DNA of 64,000 bases from Candidatus Altimarinota bacterium (GTDB taxonomy: Bacteria > Patescibacteriota > Gracilibacteria > UBA4473): NCBI GenBank assembly GCA_965231215.1, contig OZ246423.1, positions 864,001 through 928,000 on the forward strand, written 5' to 3'. A program made the position numbers and the translations under genes. Of the stretch, positions 29,332-39,978 are shown one piece after another. Position 1 is the stretch's first letter, and the number at the start of each line of letters is the position of its first letter. The notes below the pieces were generated by a model. The model saw only the letters and a program-made list of their open reading frames with translations. It searched no databases and was not told the origin of the DNA.

Positions 29332-29976
29332 TTATAGTAAATAGTCGGGCAGTTCCAAGATATTATTGAGTACTTTTTTGCTTTTCGAAAAATCTTGGCT
29401 TTGAGTCAGTTCTGTAGGGATGACCCAACACTCAATTCCAGCTTTAGTGGCCGCCTCTAAACCTCTGGCAGAATCCTCAATAACTAAGGCTTCTTCAGGC
29501 TTTACTCCAGCTTTTTGCAATGCGAGCAGATAAGGTTCTGGGTCTGGTTTGGTATGCTTAACATCTGCTTGATCTACTACAAAATCAATATAATTGAGGC
29601 ATTGGGTTTGGGCGTGAATGAGCTGAAAGTGCTCCCGTTCAGACCCCGTGACAATTCCAAGAGTGTATTTTTGAGACTGATGAAGTTGTTTGAGTATATC
29701 TTCAGCTCCAGGAAGGCTTTTGAGTTGGGTTCTAATAAAACGGCTATAAAGATCATCCCTCTTTTTTCTCAGGGATGGAGCGGCTGATGTATCGGCTCCT
29801 TGCTGGGTTAAAAACCCCGCTATTCCAGTACAGTGTGACATAAAATGTTGAGCGTAATCCTTTCTGGTAAAATCAAATCCCTGTTCGGCGAGAGCGTCTT
29901 GGGTGGCCTTGCAATAAAGCTCTTCGGTATCAACCAAGATTCCATCGTTATCAAAGAAAATAGCTTTCTTATTCAT
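29332..29976 (-). CDS. HAD superfamily phosphatase
   Basis: FDNDGILVDTE, VTGS, KPDPEPY, IEDS. Confidence 0.92.
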   Translation of the reverse strand: MNKKAIFFDNDGILVDTEELYCKATQDALAEQGFDFTRKDYAQHFMSHCTGIAGFLTQQGADTSAAPSLRKKRDDLYSRFIRTQLKSLPGAEDILKQLHQSQKYTLGIVTGSEREHFQLIHAQTQCLNYIDFVVDQADVKHTKPDPEPYLLALQKAGVKPEEALVIEDSARGLEAATKAGIECWVIPTELTQSQDFSKSKKVLNNILELPDYLL

Positions 29977-31216
29977 TTAGCGGGGTTATAGTGATGGTTT
30001 TTTCAATGTAAGCAACGAGATCATCTACCGCTCTTTCAAGATCAAATTCATTCGCATAAAATCGAATAGTATAATCGCCTGGAGTCGTATAGGTATGGCT
30101 TCCTAGTGGGATGATAGTAGATTTTAGCCTGCAGCCTTCTTTGGAGATATCGGCTTGAGCGTAGTCGTCTCTCGTATTTTTAGAGTTATCACCCCAATCA
30201 ACTTTGTATTTTAGACAGGTGGGATGGTACGCATTATAAAAAAGCTCAATGGTGTTTTTGCCTTTAGATTTAAAGGTAAATCGATCATTGATACTGGGGG
30301 TTTCGATTTTTCCAATCAGTGCAAACCAATCACTTTCATCTGAGCTGAGAATTTTGTTTTGAGAAATAAGATCCACAACAATTTTGAAATCATTTTTGTT
30401 CTTGAGAAGTTTTTCCAGGTAGAGGGGTTTATTGAGATTTCCTAAAAGCCTAGTGCGAACCTCTCCCTCGTAAGAAACAGGATGAGTTTGTCTCAGGATG
30501 ACATCGCTATCTCGGTTTATAAGTTTGATTTCTACCCGGGAAGGGCGCAGGGTTTTTACGTGCATCACTATTTCTGGAAAAGACTCATAGCCGTAAACGG
30601 ATTTAAAATCTTGGGTCTCGAGGGTGACCTCGGAGGTGCCATCGCCATCGGTTCCGGGTAAAACCAAGACACTCTCTTGACCTTTCCAATCGATAACAGG
30701 GCTCTTTGTTGCGTCTGGATGCCAGAGTTTAGCGGTGACTAGATACGTTCCAGAAGTGTTGTAAGTATGGGAAAGATTTAAGGCACAAGAATCTCCATCC
30801 TCCCAGTGCCCTTTGGAACCATCTCCCCAATCAATCATAAAGCCACAGCCAAACAAGGGGTGGACTGAGCCTTCTCTTAAATTGGTAAGTTCTGTTGGCC
30901 CGGTGACACTTACTGAGATTGGAGCGGTGCCACCTTTATCACTGAGTTGGAGGACTTTCGCACTCAGCGGAATTGGATCGGCTTTAGAGGTCTCAGGAGG
31001 CGTTTTTTTAGGAGTGGATTTGGGTTGAGAACGAACTTCTTCTGGGGGAGCAGAAGTTGTTTCAGGCTCAGTTTTGATTGGTTGTGTTTGAGATAATTCT
31101 AGTTTGGGGGAAGGCTTAGGGCCTTCCGGTGGATGTAAAAAATCAATCACTTTAAAAAAGTAAAGTCCCACCCCTATCAGAGCGCAGAGCACAAAGCCAA
31201 GAAGAAATCCTTTCAT
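29969..31216 (-). CDS. membrane-anchored protein with Pro/Thr stalk and two PKD-like domains
   Basis: N-terminal TM; DWGD...SHTY..(S/P)G.Y occurs twice. Confidence 0.75.
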   Translation of the reverse strand: MKGFLLGFVLCALIGVGLYFFKVIDFLHPPEGPKPSPKLELSQTQPIKTEPETTSAPPEEVRSQPKSTPKKTPPETSKADPIPLSAKVLQLSDKGGTAPISVSVTGPTELTNLREGSVHPLFGCGFMIDWGDGSKGHWEDGDSCALNLSHTYNTSGTYLVTAKLWHPDATKSPVIDWKGQESVLVLPGTDGDGTSEVTLETQDFKSVYGYESFPEIVMHVKTLRPSRVEIKLINRDSDVILRQTHPVSYEGEVRTRLLGNLNKPLYLEKLLKNKNDFKIVVDLISQNKILSSDESDWFALIGKIETPSINDRFTFKSKGKNTIELFYNAYHPTCLKYKVDWGDNSKNTRDDYAQADISKEGCRLKSTIIPLGSHTYTTPGDYTIRFYANEFDLERAVDDLVAYIEKTITITPLNE

Positions 31217-31292
31217 TTTTGTTTGTGCTTATTGTACCAGAAATAAATTTAGTACTTTATTTTTTTGTATTGTTTTAATAATTCATGAGTAA

Positions 31293-31373
31293 GTTTAGGG
31301 TCTTGTGGGTTCCCTAAACGAAGCGAATTCAATATTTTAAGGGGTTTTGCGTAAGGGGAAGCATTCCCCTTAC
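31293..31373. repeat. pair of perfect hairpins downstream of guaA
   Basis: GTTTAGGG...CCCTAAAC and CGTAAGGGGAA-GCA-TTCCCCTTACG. Confidence 0.55.
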
Positions 31374-31379
31374 GAATGT

Positions 31380-33296
31380 TTACTCCCACTCAATAGTGCC
31401 TGGAGGTTTAGAAGTAACGTCTAAAAATACGGCAGAAACCTCATCATCTTCTAAGATTTCAGTGGACACTTGTTCAAAAAATTCCCAAGGAAGTTTCCCC
31501 ACACTGGCACTCATCGCATCAATAGAGTCAATAGGCCTGAGGATGATAGATTCTTTACCGCTGTGGTTAAAGTTTATGGGCGCCAATACTACTGGAAATT
31601 GCCAGACGTCATTGTAGAGACCCATGGATTGCAGTTTAGAAGTCACAATATGATCAGCCCTTTGGAGTCGAGCCACCCTGGTTTCGTCTACAAAAGACTT
31701 TTCAACATTCATGACCTTAATAGAACCTTCGTAGTTTTTTCCCAGTAGTTTCACGCACCGGTTAATTTCGGTGTAGTGATTGATGAGTTTGGTAGAGAGG
31801 TTCTCTAGTTTAGAAATATCGGTGTCCTGAACCGTCAATAATCCTGGATGGCGGTAGGTTCGAAAATCTCCCTGAACCCCTACTGATTTTAGTGGTAAAA
31901 CCTGGAATGGTTTTTGGCTGGTCTGCAGGGTGAAGGCTTCTACCTTTGGAGCATTGATTTCCTCTATGTTTTCTCCTGCACATAAAATTCTTACTCCCAA
32001 TCCAGGGCCTGGGAAGGGATGCCTCCAGACGAGTTCATGAGGCAGTCCCATAAGTTCTCCAAGAGCTCGAACTTCATCTTTATAGAGATCAGAAAGAGGT
32101 TCTATGACTTTACCTTCATCGATAAGTTTTTGGATTTCAGGGACCCGGTTGTGATGCGTTTTAATCTTGGCAGAATTTTTGGTGCCGCCCGTTTCTATCG
32201 TATCGGGATAGATAGTTCCTTGAGCTAAAAGCCACTCTGTTTGAGGAATTTCGGCGTTATCGTCTGCGGTACTCCCTCGCCCTATTGATTCATAGGGCTC
32301 AGTCTGTTCCTCGTCGCTGCCTTGAACTTCACTCAAACCTAGGGCTTTTCCGTGCTGCGCGAAAAAGTTTCGTTGGACCTCTAAAAAAGTATTTCCAATG
32401 ATTTCTCGTTTAGCTTCTGGATCGTACATATCCTTGAGATTACCGAGGAATCTGTCTGACTCTCGCATAACGGTGAGGTTGGCCCCGATGTCGGTAAGGG
32501 CTTTCTCTACATATTCAACTTCGTCTTGTCGCAGGAGGCCGGTATCTACAAAGAGACCTTGGACTTTGTCGGCCCCCAAAATTTTAGAAAGTAAGGCAAA
32601 AGCAACGGTTGAGTCCACTCCGCCAGAAACAAAGAGGACAATGTGTTTATCACCAATTTGTTTTTTGAGTTTGGCTTGATGGGCTTCATAAAACTTTTCA
32701 ATGGTCCAGTCACCGCTGACTTGGCAGATATCCAGAAAATTTTGGAGGATTAGGTGACCGTATTCTGAATGGGTTACCTCTGGATGAAACTGAATTCCAA
32801 AAAGGTTTTTGGTAGGATGCCACACAGCGGCGTTAGGGCAGAGATCTGTATCTCCACAACCTTCAAACCCGGCTCCTATTTCGGATACTTCATCTCCGTG
32901 GCTCATCCAGAAGGTAGAGGTCGTGGGAATATTTTTAAAAAGAGGGCATTGGCCGTTATGAGTGAGTTCAGCTCGTCCAAATTCTTTTCCAGAGTCTTTG
33001 CCAGGAACTACTTTTCCACCGGTGGCTTGGTTGAGGAACTGGTGTCCATAACAGATACCAAGAACCGGTTTGCCCAGTTCAAAAATAGCCCGATCGCATG
33101 AAGCACTCCCTTCATCATATACACTTTGTGGTCCTCCAGAGAGGATGATGCCCTTAATGAGATCATCTTGGAAAAACGCTAAATCCACTTCATCGGGCTG
33201 ATGAATTTCTGCCAGGACATTTTCTCTTCGTATCCGGCTAGCAATCAGGTGAGCGTATTGTCCGCCAAAATCGAGAATGATGATCTTTTCGTTCAT
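31380..33296 (-). CDS. guaA: GMP synthase (glutamine-hydrolysing)
   Basis: LDFGGQY, ILSGGP, GICYG, QFHPEV, SGGVDS, IKTHHN, HPFPGPG, KPPGTIEWE. Confidence 0.98.
   Translation of the reverse strand: MNEKIIILDFGGQYAHLIASRIRRENVLAEIHQPDEVDLAFFQDDLIKGIILSGGPQSVYDEGSASCDRAIFELGKPVLGICYGHQFLNQATGGKVVPGKDSGKEFGRAELTHNGQCPLFKNIPTTSTFWMSHGDEVSEIGAGFEGCGDTDLCPNAAVWHPTKNLFGIQFHPEVTHSEYGHLILQNFLDICQVSGDWTIEKFYEAHQAKLKKQIGDKHIVLFVSGGVDSTVAFALLSKILGADKVQGLFVDTGLLRQDEVEYVEKALTDIGANLTVMRESDRFLGNLKDMYDPEAKREIIGNTFLEVQRNFFAQHGKALGLSEVQGSDEEQTEPYESIGRGSTADDNAEIPQTEWLLAQGTIYPDTIETGGTKNSAKIKTHHNRVPEIQKLIDEGKVIEPLSDLYKDEVRALGELMGLPHELVWRHPFPGPGLGVRILCAGENIEEINAPKVEAFTLQTSQKPFQVLPLKSVGVQGDFRTYRHPGLLTVQDTDISKLENLSTKLINHYTEINRCVKLLGKNYEGSIKVMNVEKSFVDETRVARLQRADHIVTSKLQSMGLYNDVWQFPVVLAPINFNHSGKESIILRPIDSIDAMSASVGKLPWEFFEQVSTEILEDDEVSAVFLDVTSKPPGTIEWE
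32240..32337. repeat. RPE1-like palindromic element inserted in frame in guaA
   Basis: TTTGAG...CTCAAA ends; GGCGTT...CCCTAT..ATAGGG...GCCTTG core; extra peptide LSEVQGSDEEQTEPYESIGRGSTADDNAEIPQ before WLLAQGTIYPD. Confidence 0.75.
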
Positions 33297-33437
33297 GGGT
33301 TGATGGTAAAGATTTTTTCAAATTTGGAAATACGGAGTTTGTACTTTAGAACTCTGAATCATGCCTGAAAGGGGAACGAGTATTGAGCGTAGATTTTTAA
33401 AAATCTGGCAAGTTGACCGGATAATCAAGAGTACAGG

Positions 33438-34421
33438 TTAAACTTTTTTATACTGCATCCACAAGTCATTGCCTAAATTTTGAGTTTCAGTTAATTCGAA
33501 ACTTTTCAAATCTAATTCTTTGCTAAAAGTGGGTTTTTTATCATTTCCTAAAAAGAGAGGTGCGGTAAAGATTTGGATTTCATCAACGATTCCTAAATTT
33601 AGAAGTTTGGTATTCATTGCTCCTCCACATTCGGTCATGAGAGAGTCTCTATTTTTTTCGATGCAATAGGGGATGAGTTCCTCCACATTATCGACTCGAT
33701 GAATGGCTCTTCCTGGAAGCGCAAAAATTTTGGCTTCTTGTGGTATTTCACTTTTTCCTAAAATAATAATTTCTCCGTCAGAGGCGGGGTGGCTTAATGT
33801 TTTCTCGAGCCTACAGTTAAGGCATGGGTCATCTTTTCTTATAGTTTCGGTTGTAGTTAAAATTGCCGAATATGCGGCTCGCATCTGGTGCACTTTTTGC
33901 CGCGAAATTTCATTCGTGATGTATTGTGTGTCACTGGTGATTTTTCCATCCAAGCTCTGGGCTATTTTGAGCGTGATGTATGGTTTTTTCTGGGTAATCC
34001 AGGTTTCAAAAAAAGGATTAAGCCCTTCACAGTCTTTATTTGGGAGGAGCTCAATATCAAGGCCTTTGGCTTTAAGTTTTTTTATATTTTCACCTTTGAA
34101 ATGCGGATCTATCGATCCTACCCATACTTTTTTTGGCTGCATTTTAACAATCAAATCACTGCAGCTTGGGGTTTTTTTCCCGTGAAAGTGATCACAGGGT
34201 TCTAGGGTAATAAACATCTCTAAATCTTGAGTTGTAGTATCCAAATGTTCATAGGCCATTCTTTCCGCGTGATCTTGCCCAAAAGCTACATGCACTCCCT
34301 GAGACACAACCTGCCCGTGACTGGTCAAAATACAGCCGACTCTTGGGTTAGGGGCGGTTCTATGTGGATCAATTTGAGCGGCTAGTTGTGCGGCTTTGGT
34401 GAGGAAGTCTTGAGGGTTCAT
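33438..34421 (-). CDS. ribD: bifunctional riboflavin deaminase/reductase RibD
   Basis: PNPRVG, HAE, TLEPC..TPSC, AQSLDGK, DDP.LN.R, ECGG. Confidence 0.93.
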   Translation of the reverse strand: MNPQDFLTKAAQLAAQIDPHRTAPNPRVGCILTSHGQVVSQGVHVAFGQDHAERMAYEHLDTTTQDLEMFITLEPCDHFHGKKTPSCSDLIVKMQPKKVWVGSIDPHFKGENIKKLKAKGLDIELLPNKDCEGLNPFFETWITQKKPYITLKIAQSLDGKITSDTQYITNEISRQKVHQMRAAYSAILTTTETIRKDDPCLNCRLEKTLSHPASDGEIIILGKSEIPQEAKIFALPGRAIHRVDNVEELIPYCIEKNRDSLMTECGGAMNTKLLNLGIVDEIQIFTAPLFLGNDKKPTFSKELDLKSFELTETQNLGNDLWMQYKKV

Positions 34422-34432
34422 GTGAGGTGCTG

Positions 34433-37400
34433 TTAAAATCGCACTGTCTGAGCATCAATCCGGTTAAAATTTGGCTGACCTTTGAGTTTCACATAGAGCG
34501 TAATATTGACGTTGCCTCGAGTTGTTCCTTTGGCAACAAAGACTTGTTTGTATTTGGTGATATCAGTCCATTTTTCATCCAGTAATATTTTTTCTGGTTG
34601 ACTAATAACCACCTGTGCGGCTTCAACGGTTTCAGGTTTAGGGAACACCATTTCTACCGACAAGGTTCTGAATTGTTTATCTACCTTCAAAATACTTGGG
34701 TTTTTAGCCTCAATAAGGCCTTCACGAGTAATCTGAATCGGAATAGATTTTTCGCTCAAATTGTCATGAATATCCCAAGCGCGGATCATGAGGAAGGTTC
34801 GTCCCATGCGTTCGGGAGCCTCAAAGTTTCTCGTAAATGGAGCTTGAGTGTTGGTTCCTAAGCTCTGGTTATTTACAAAAAATTCGGCTTTGCTGACCCG
34901 AGATTGATGGTCTTTGATATCGGCTAAAATTTGAATATTGGAATTAATCGGAATATTTTGATTGGCTAGTGGACCGAGGAAAATGATTTCTGGCCCCGCC
35001 GTATCTTGCTCTACATTTACTCGTACCTCATCTTCTCCGGCGGCGAGATTGGCCGAAATAGCCACGGCTCGAATAGTATGGCTAGAACCCAAATCCGTGT
35101 CTTCTGGAATACTAAATCTTCCAGTGAATGGAGGCTTTTGGGCTCGGTAAATGAGTTCATCGTCAAAGTAGTATTCTACGACCTGAATGTTTTGTGGATG
35201 ATAGTTGATTTGAACTTCAACTTCCCCTGGGGTAATGGTATTTCTTGGACTCAAAATAGAGACTTCTGGCGGGTTGGCTTTGGTTTCAAATTGACTCCAA
35301 TCAATAGTCCCTTCACGTTTCATCATGTTTCTCAGTTTTCGCTGCATAAAGGGAGGCAGGTCTTTGAAATAACTTTCGGTCAGGTCGTTCATTGGATCTT
35401 TAGAATTTTCTGCATCATCTTCGTCTTTTGGCGTGTCCATTTCTACCCCGAGAGTGGCAAAGAAAAGTGGATGTTCTTGAATCCATTTTTCTACGGGTTC
35501 AATCCAATTTGGCAGGTCTGGGCGAAGTGAAGTAAGGGAGAGTATAGGGAGTGTTTTTTTGGCAAAGGCCGGTGTACGAAAATCCGCCTTTTCCCCATTA
35601 AAGATATTAATAGTTTTTACGGCTACCGAATCATCGAGTTCTGTAGGCTGGTTAAAGCTGGCAAAGTATTCTGTGACTTTGAGGTTTTCTGGTGTTTGAT
35701 CTGTGGCTAGTTTTCCTGATAACCGATTAATTTCCATAGCCAATAGGGCTTTAGATTCAAGGTATGGCTTGTCTTTGTCCCCCCCCCGCTCTTTAATGAG
35801 TTGGTCATGAGCTCCTTCCATAAAGTTTTTCCAGAGTGGGGCGGCTACAGTCAGTCCAGTAGCTCCGGATTTCATAGGTTTACCACGATTATTTCCTACC
35901 CAAAAGCCAGTTACCAAATGTGGAGAAAACCCAATAGTCCACGAATCTCCTGGGACAGTAATGAATTTTCGGTTTTCGTCTGATTCTGGTTCGGCTTCAT
36001 TAAAGGCTGGATTTTTAGCGACTCGGTTAGAAGTTCCGGTTTTGGCTCCATTGTTAATCCCTTCTATCTGCAAGAAATTATTCCAGTCAAAGTCATTAGT
36101 GGTGGGTCTTGAAGTTTCATCAGTTAATACGTTGCGTACCAAGGCGGCTACTTCGGGATCTACGGCTTCTTTTTGGTTTTGAGTGTTATCGACTTTTTCC
36201 AGGACTTTCCCTTCAGCATTCCTGATTTCCAAGATGGCAGAAGGGGGGAAGTAGGTTCCGTCATTAGTAAAAGTCTGATAAGCAGAAATGTGAGAGAGCG
36301 GTTCTACTTCGGCTACTCCTACCCCAATAGCGACTCCATGAGTATCCGCATCACCCTCGTATTTGATGCCCATTTTTCCTGCCATTTCTAGTACTTTGTT
36401 AGGCGTGGCAAGAACGGCCATTTTTACAGCCGGGATATTGAGACTCCGATTTAAAGATTCTCGGAAAGAAACTGGACCACTAAAACTTTCATCAAAATTT
36501 TGTGGTGTATATCCAGCTCCAAAATCAGTTTTGACATCAAACACCACCGTGCCTGGAGCATACCCAGCTTCAAATCCCGCAGCGTACACTATTGGTTTAA
36601 AGCTTGATCCTGGTTGGCGAGAGGAAGTCAGCACATCTACCTGTCCGTCACTTTCGGTATCAAAGAAATTTTTCCCTCCGATGTAGGCGAGGATTTCTCC
36701 ATTATCTGGATTGATACTGGTCATAGCTACATTTTCTGCGCCGTAAGTACCGACGTAGTGAGCGGTTTTTTCTTTTACCAAAGTCTCAGCCAAATTTTGA
36801 AGATCTGGGTCTAGCGTGGTGTAGATTCTTAACCCTCCTTGGTCTAGGAATTCTTTTCCGTATTTTTCTTCCAGTCTTTCTCGTACATAAAATACAAAGT
36901 GAGGAGCTTTGATATCAGTTCGGGCACGTTTGAATTCGAGTTCCAAACTTTCAGCCCAGGCCTGGTTGAACTGATCTGAAGTCACATAACCCAACTCTAA
37001 CATTCGTTGAAGGACTATGTCTTTTCTCCCTTTTTTATAAGTTCGTGGTCCTTTTGGTTTGGCTTTTTCATCGGCTTCCTCAGCGGACTCTTCGGCAACA
37101 TCAGAGGTTTGGTTTTCCTCTGCGGCTCGGGCTTCGGCCTCAGTGCTGAATTCTTCATATTCATAAAATCCCATTAAGAGATCTTTGTTTGATCCGTAAG
37201 GGCTAAACCGTGTTGGCGCTACGGGGATACTGGCCAGTATAGCACTTTCAGCGATGGTCAGGTCACGAGCGGATTTTCCAAAATAGGTTCGAGCCGCCGC
37301 CTCGATCCCGTAGGCATTGTTACCGTACGAGATTTTATTGAGATAGAGTTCTAAAATTTCATCTTTGGTATAATGCCATTCTAGTTTTATGGCAATGAGG

Positions 37401-37924
37401 AGTTCCTTGAACTTTCTTATAAATTTTCTCTCTGAGCTTAAAAATACTTGTTTAGCGAGTTGTTGGGTGATGGTAGAGCCTCCACGCCTAGGGCCAATAC
37501 CAAAAAATTCATACAAAACAGCTTTTCCGATACCTCCAATATCAAATCCAAAGTGTGAATAAAATTGATCATCTTCAATCGCCAAGGTGGCTTTGACCAC
37601 CCAAGGAGAAATTTCATCTAGAGGAATATATTCCCGATTTTCATCTCCATGGATTACGTACAAGATGTGTTCAGCGGGATTGGCGGCCGGATTCAAAGCT
37701 TCACGATCATAAATAATAGTAGATTCGGCAAAGCTGAGTTCTTCGGCATTGTCTACACTGGGGAGGAAAATAGAACCATAGGCATATAAGGCCACTAAGG
37801 TGACAATGCTTAAAATCAAGATATTTCGTTTCCAGTGTAGGCAGATTGATTTTTTTCGTTCACGCTTAAAAGGATTAAACTTTTTCCACCAGGCTTGTTT
37901 TCGTCGGAAACGTTTTATGCGCAT
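34433..37924 (-). CDS. class A penicillin-binding protein (PBP1A-like) with C-terminal Ig-like domains
   Basis: EDDQF..H.G, GGSTITQQL, RKFKE, SSFK, SLN, KTG; two Big-like domains. Confidence 0.95.
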   Translation of the reverse strand: MRIKRFRRKQAWWKKFNPFKRERKKSICLHWKRNILILSIVTLVALYAYGSIFLPSVDNAEELSFAESTIIYDREALNPAANPAEHILYVIHGDENREYIPLDEISPWVVKATLAIEDDQFYSHFGFDIGGIGKAVLYEFFGIGPRRGGSTITQQLAKQVFLSSERKFIRKFKELLIAIKLEWHYTKDEILELYLNKISYGNNAYGIEAAARTYFGKSARDLTIAESAILASIPVAPTRFSPYGSNKDLLMGFYEYEEFSTEAEARAAEENQTSDVAEESAEEADEKAKPKGPRTYKKGRKDIVLQRMLELGYVTSDQFNQAWAESLELEFKRARTDIKAPHFVFYVRERLEEKYGKEFLDQGGLRIYTTLDPDLQNLAETLVKEKTAHYVGTYGAENVAMTSINPDNGEILAYIGGKNFFDTESDGQVDVLTSSRQPGSSFKPIVYAAGFEAGYAPGTVVFDVKTDFGAGYTPQNFDESFSGPVSFRESLNRSLNIPAVKMAVLATPNKVLEMAGKMGIKYEGDADTHGVAIGVGVAEVEPLSHISAYQTFTNDGTYFPPSAILEIRNAEGKVLEKVDNTQNQKEAVDPEVAALVRNVLTDETSRPTTNDFDWNNFLQIEGINNGAKTGTSNRVAKNPAFNEAEPESDENRKFITVPGDSWTIGFSPHLVTGFWVGNNRGKPMKSGATGLTVAAPLWKNFMEGAHDQLIKERGGDKDKPYLESKALLAMEINRLSGKLATDQTPENLKVTEYFASFNQPTELDDSVAVKTINIFNGEKADFRTPAFAKKTLPILSLTSLRPDLPNWIEPVEKWIQEHPLFFATLGVEMDTPKDEDDAENSKDPMNDLTESYFKDLPPFMQRKLRNMMKREGTIDWSQFETKANPPEVSILSPRNTITPGEVEVQINYHPQNIQVVEYYFDDELIYRAQKPPFTGRFSIPEDTDLGSSHTIRAVAISANLAAGEDEVRVNVEQDTAGPEIIFLGPLANQNIPINSNIQILADIKDHQSRVSKAEFFVNNQSLGTNTQAPFTRNFEAPERMGRTFLMIRAWDIHDNLSEKSIPIQITREGLIEAKNPSILKVDKQFRTLSVEMVFPKPETVEAAQVVISQPEKILLDEKWTDITKYKQVFVAKGTTRGNVNITLYVKLKGQPNFNRIDAQTVRF

Positions 37925-38016
37925 ACAGAGAGGTTGTATCTAAATTATGATAAATTTCAAATACTTAAAACGAAGAAAACGTTTTTTTATGACATTTTTA
38001 AATTTTAGAATTTTTT

Positions 38017-39255
38017 CTATTCATACCGCAACGCTTCAATAGGACTTTTTTTCGCGGCTTGCCTAGCTGGATAAATACCAAAAATCATACCTATAAAAGT
38101 AGCCACTCCCACTCCCAAAAGGGCGCCTGAAATTGGGAAGACGAAAACCCAGTCCATACCGCTAAAAGTATTAATAGCATAGGTTATTAACCAGGATATC
38201 CCGGTGCCCAGCAAAATGCCAATAACGCCTCCTATACCGGTGAGCATTATGGATTCTAATAAAAATTGGGTCAAAATATCGCTCGAAGTCGCTCCTAAAG
38301 CTTTTCGTAGGCCGATTTCTCGGGTTCGTTCAGTTACACTCACCAGCATAATGTTCATAATTCCGATGCCTCCTACAATTAGAGAAATAGCAGCGACGGC
38401 TCCAAGGAAAAGAGTGAGTGTCCCGGTAACGGTACTAATAATGTCAGCGGCTTGATCCATAGTAGATACATGAAAATCGTCTTTATCTGGATCGGTAATG
38501 TCATGTAATTCTCGGATGGTGAGAGTCACATCTTCGGCTACCTGTTTAATATATTTTTCTTCCGTGGCTTTTAGTAAGATCGCCTGAAAATAATTGGTTC
38601 CAGCTAGGTATTCTTGAACCGTTGAATATGGAATGAGAATAAATTTATCTACATTCTGCATTGAAACTGTGCCGGTTTTGGGGAAAGTTCCAACAACTCG
38701 AAACCATTGTCCTTTAATTTTTATTTTTTCACCAATCGCATTGGAGTCCCCAAAAAGATCATCTTTAAGTTGCCAACCCAGAACTACCACTTTGGACTTG
38801 GCTTCAACTTCTTCATCGCTAAAAAGGTTTCCTTTGTCTGGGTAAACGTTGAGAAAGTCCATGTAATGAGCGGTAGAGCCCAAAATTTGCCCCCGGGTTC
38901 TTTCTCCTTTATAAACCACATTTTCCGAAATAATGACAAGCGGAGTAATATTTTCGACATGGGGCACGTTTGAACCTTTACTCACGGCTTCTAAATCTTT
39001 TTTCCCGACCGAATCGGTATAGATTTCAACCCTATCTGACAACCCCTTTGGAGCGGCTCCTGGTTCAAGAGAAATGGTAGTGGACCCCCAACCACTAATC
39101 TGGTTCATAATCATAGTATTTGCCCCTTTTCCAAGCGACATAACAATAATAATAGCCATCACCCCAATCACAATTCCTAAAATCGTCAGAAGTGAACGAA
39201 CTTTGTTCGTCTTCAGTCCGGTAATAGCCGTGAGAAAGGTATAAAAAAGCGACAT
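38017..39255 (-). CDS. MacB/FtsX-like ABC permease
   Basis: RSLLTILGIVIG, GGIGIMNIMLVSVTERTREIG, PIEALRYE. Confidence 0.95.
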   Translation of the reverse strand: MSLFYTFLTAITGLKTNKVRSLLTILGIVIGVMAIIIVMSLGKGANTMIMNQISGWGSTTISLEPGAAPKGLSDRVEIYTDSVGKKDLEAVSKGSNVPHVENITPLVIISENVVYKGERTRGQILGSTAHYMDFLNVYPDKGNLFSDEEVEAKSKVVVLGWQLKDDLFGDSNAIGEKIKIKGQWFRVVGTFPKTGTVSMQNVDKFILIPYSTVQEYLAGTNYFQAILLKATEEKYIKQVAEDVTLTIRELHDITDPDKDDFHVSTMDQAADIISTVTGTLTLFLGAVAAISLIVGGIGIMNIMLVSVTERTREIGLRKALGATSSDILTQFLLESIMLTGIGGVIGILLGTGISWLITYAINTFSGMDWVFVFPISGALLGVGVATFIGMIFGIYPARQAAKKSPIEALRYE

Positions 39256-39974
39256 TATTTGAGGGTGTGTTGATTATGGATAGGCCCAGTTATGGCACGA
39301 TCAGTTCCAACTTTTCCATCTACGATTCGAACTAGACGCTCCGCATATTCGGCCGTGCGGGTTTCATGAGTAATAAGAATGATGGTTTTACCGGCTTTGT
39401 GTAGATCTTTGATAACTTGCATGATGGTGATTCCGGTTTTTGAGTCCAGATTACCGGTAGGTTCATCAGCAAAAACCACTGAAGGTTCACACACCAATGC
39501 TCGGGCAATAGCGACTCTTTGTTTTTCTCCGCCTGAAAGTTGACCCGGATCATGATGTATTCTGTGTGAGAGACCAACAGAATCGATTGCTTTTTCGGCC
39601 ATCGAATGCCATTGTTTGGAAGGAATTTGTGAGTACAGCAAGGGAAGCTTTACATTCTCTAAAACTGAGGTTCGAGGGAGTAAATTAAAAGCCTGAAATA
39701 TAAACCCCATTTGCTGGTTTCGGATTACAGCTTTTTCTTTTTCACTGTAAGTATCAATTTGTTTTCCTTTAAAAAAATATTCTCCATTCGTGAGATCATC
39801 CAGTAATCCAATGATATTAAGCAGCGTAGATTTCCCTGATCCCGAAGGCCCCATAATAGTCACAAATTCACCTTCTTTTATAGTTACATCAATGCCATGC
39901 AAAACCTTAGTTTCCAGGTCGCCTGAAAAGTAGGATTTATGGATATCTTTGAGTTCAATAAGCGAAGATTTCAT
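39255..39974 (-). CDS. ABC transporter ATPase (MacB/LolD-like)
   Basis: [26 protein letters not shown]; likely ATG at 39974. Confidence 0.95.
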   Translation of the reverse strand: MKSSLIELKDIHKSYFSGDLETKVLHGIDVTIKEGEFVTIMGPSGSGKSTLLNIIGLLDDLTNGEYFFKGKQIDTYSEKEKAVIRNQQMGFIFQAFNLLPRTSVLENVKLPLLYSQIPSKQWHSMAEKAIDSVGLSHRIHHDPGQLSGGEKQRVAIARALVCEPSVVFADEPTGNLDSKTGITIMQVIKDLHKAGKTIILITHETRTAEYAERLVRIVDGKVGTDRAITGPIHNQHTLK

Positions 39975-39978
39975 AGCA

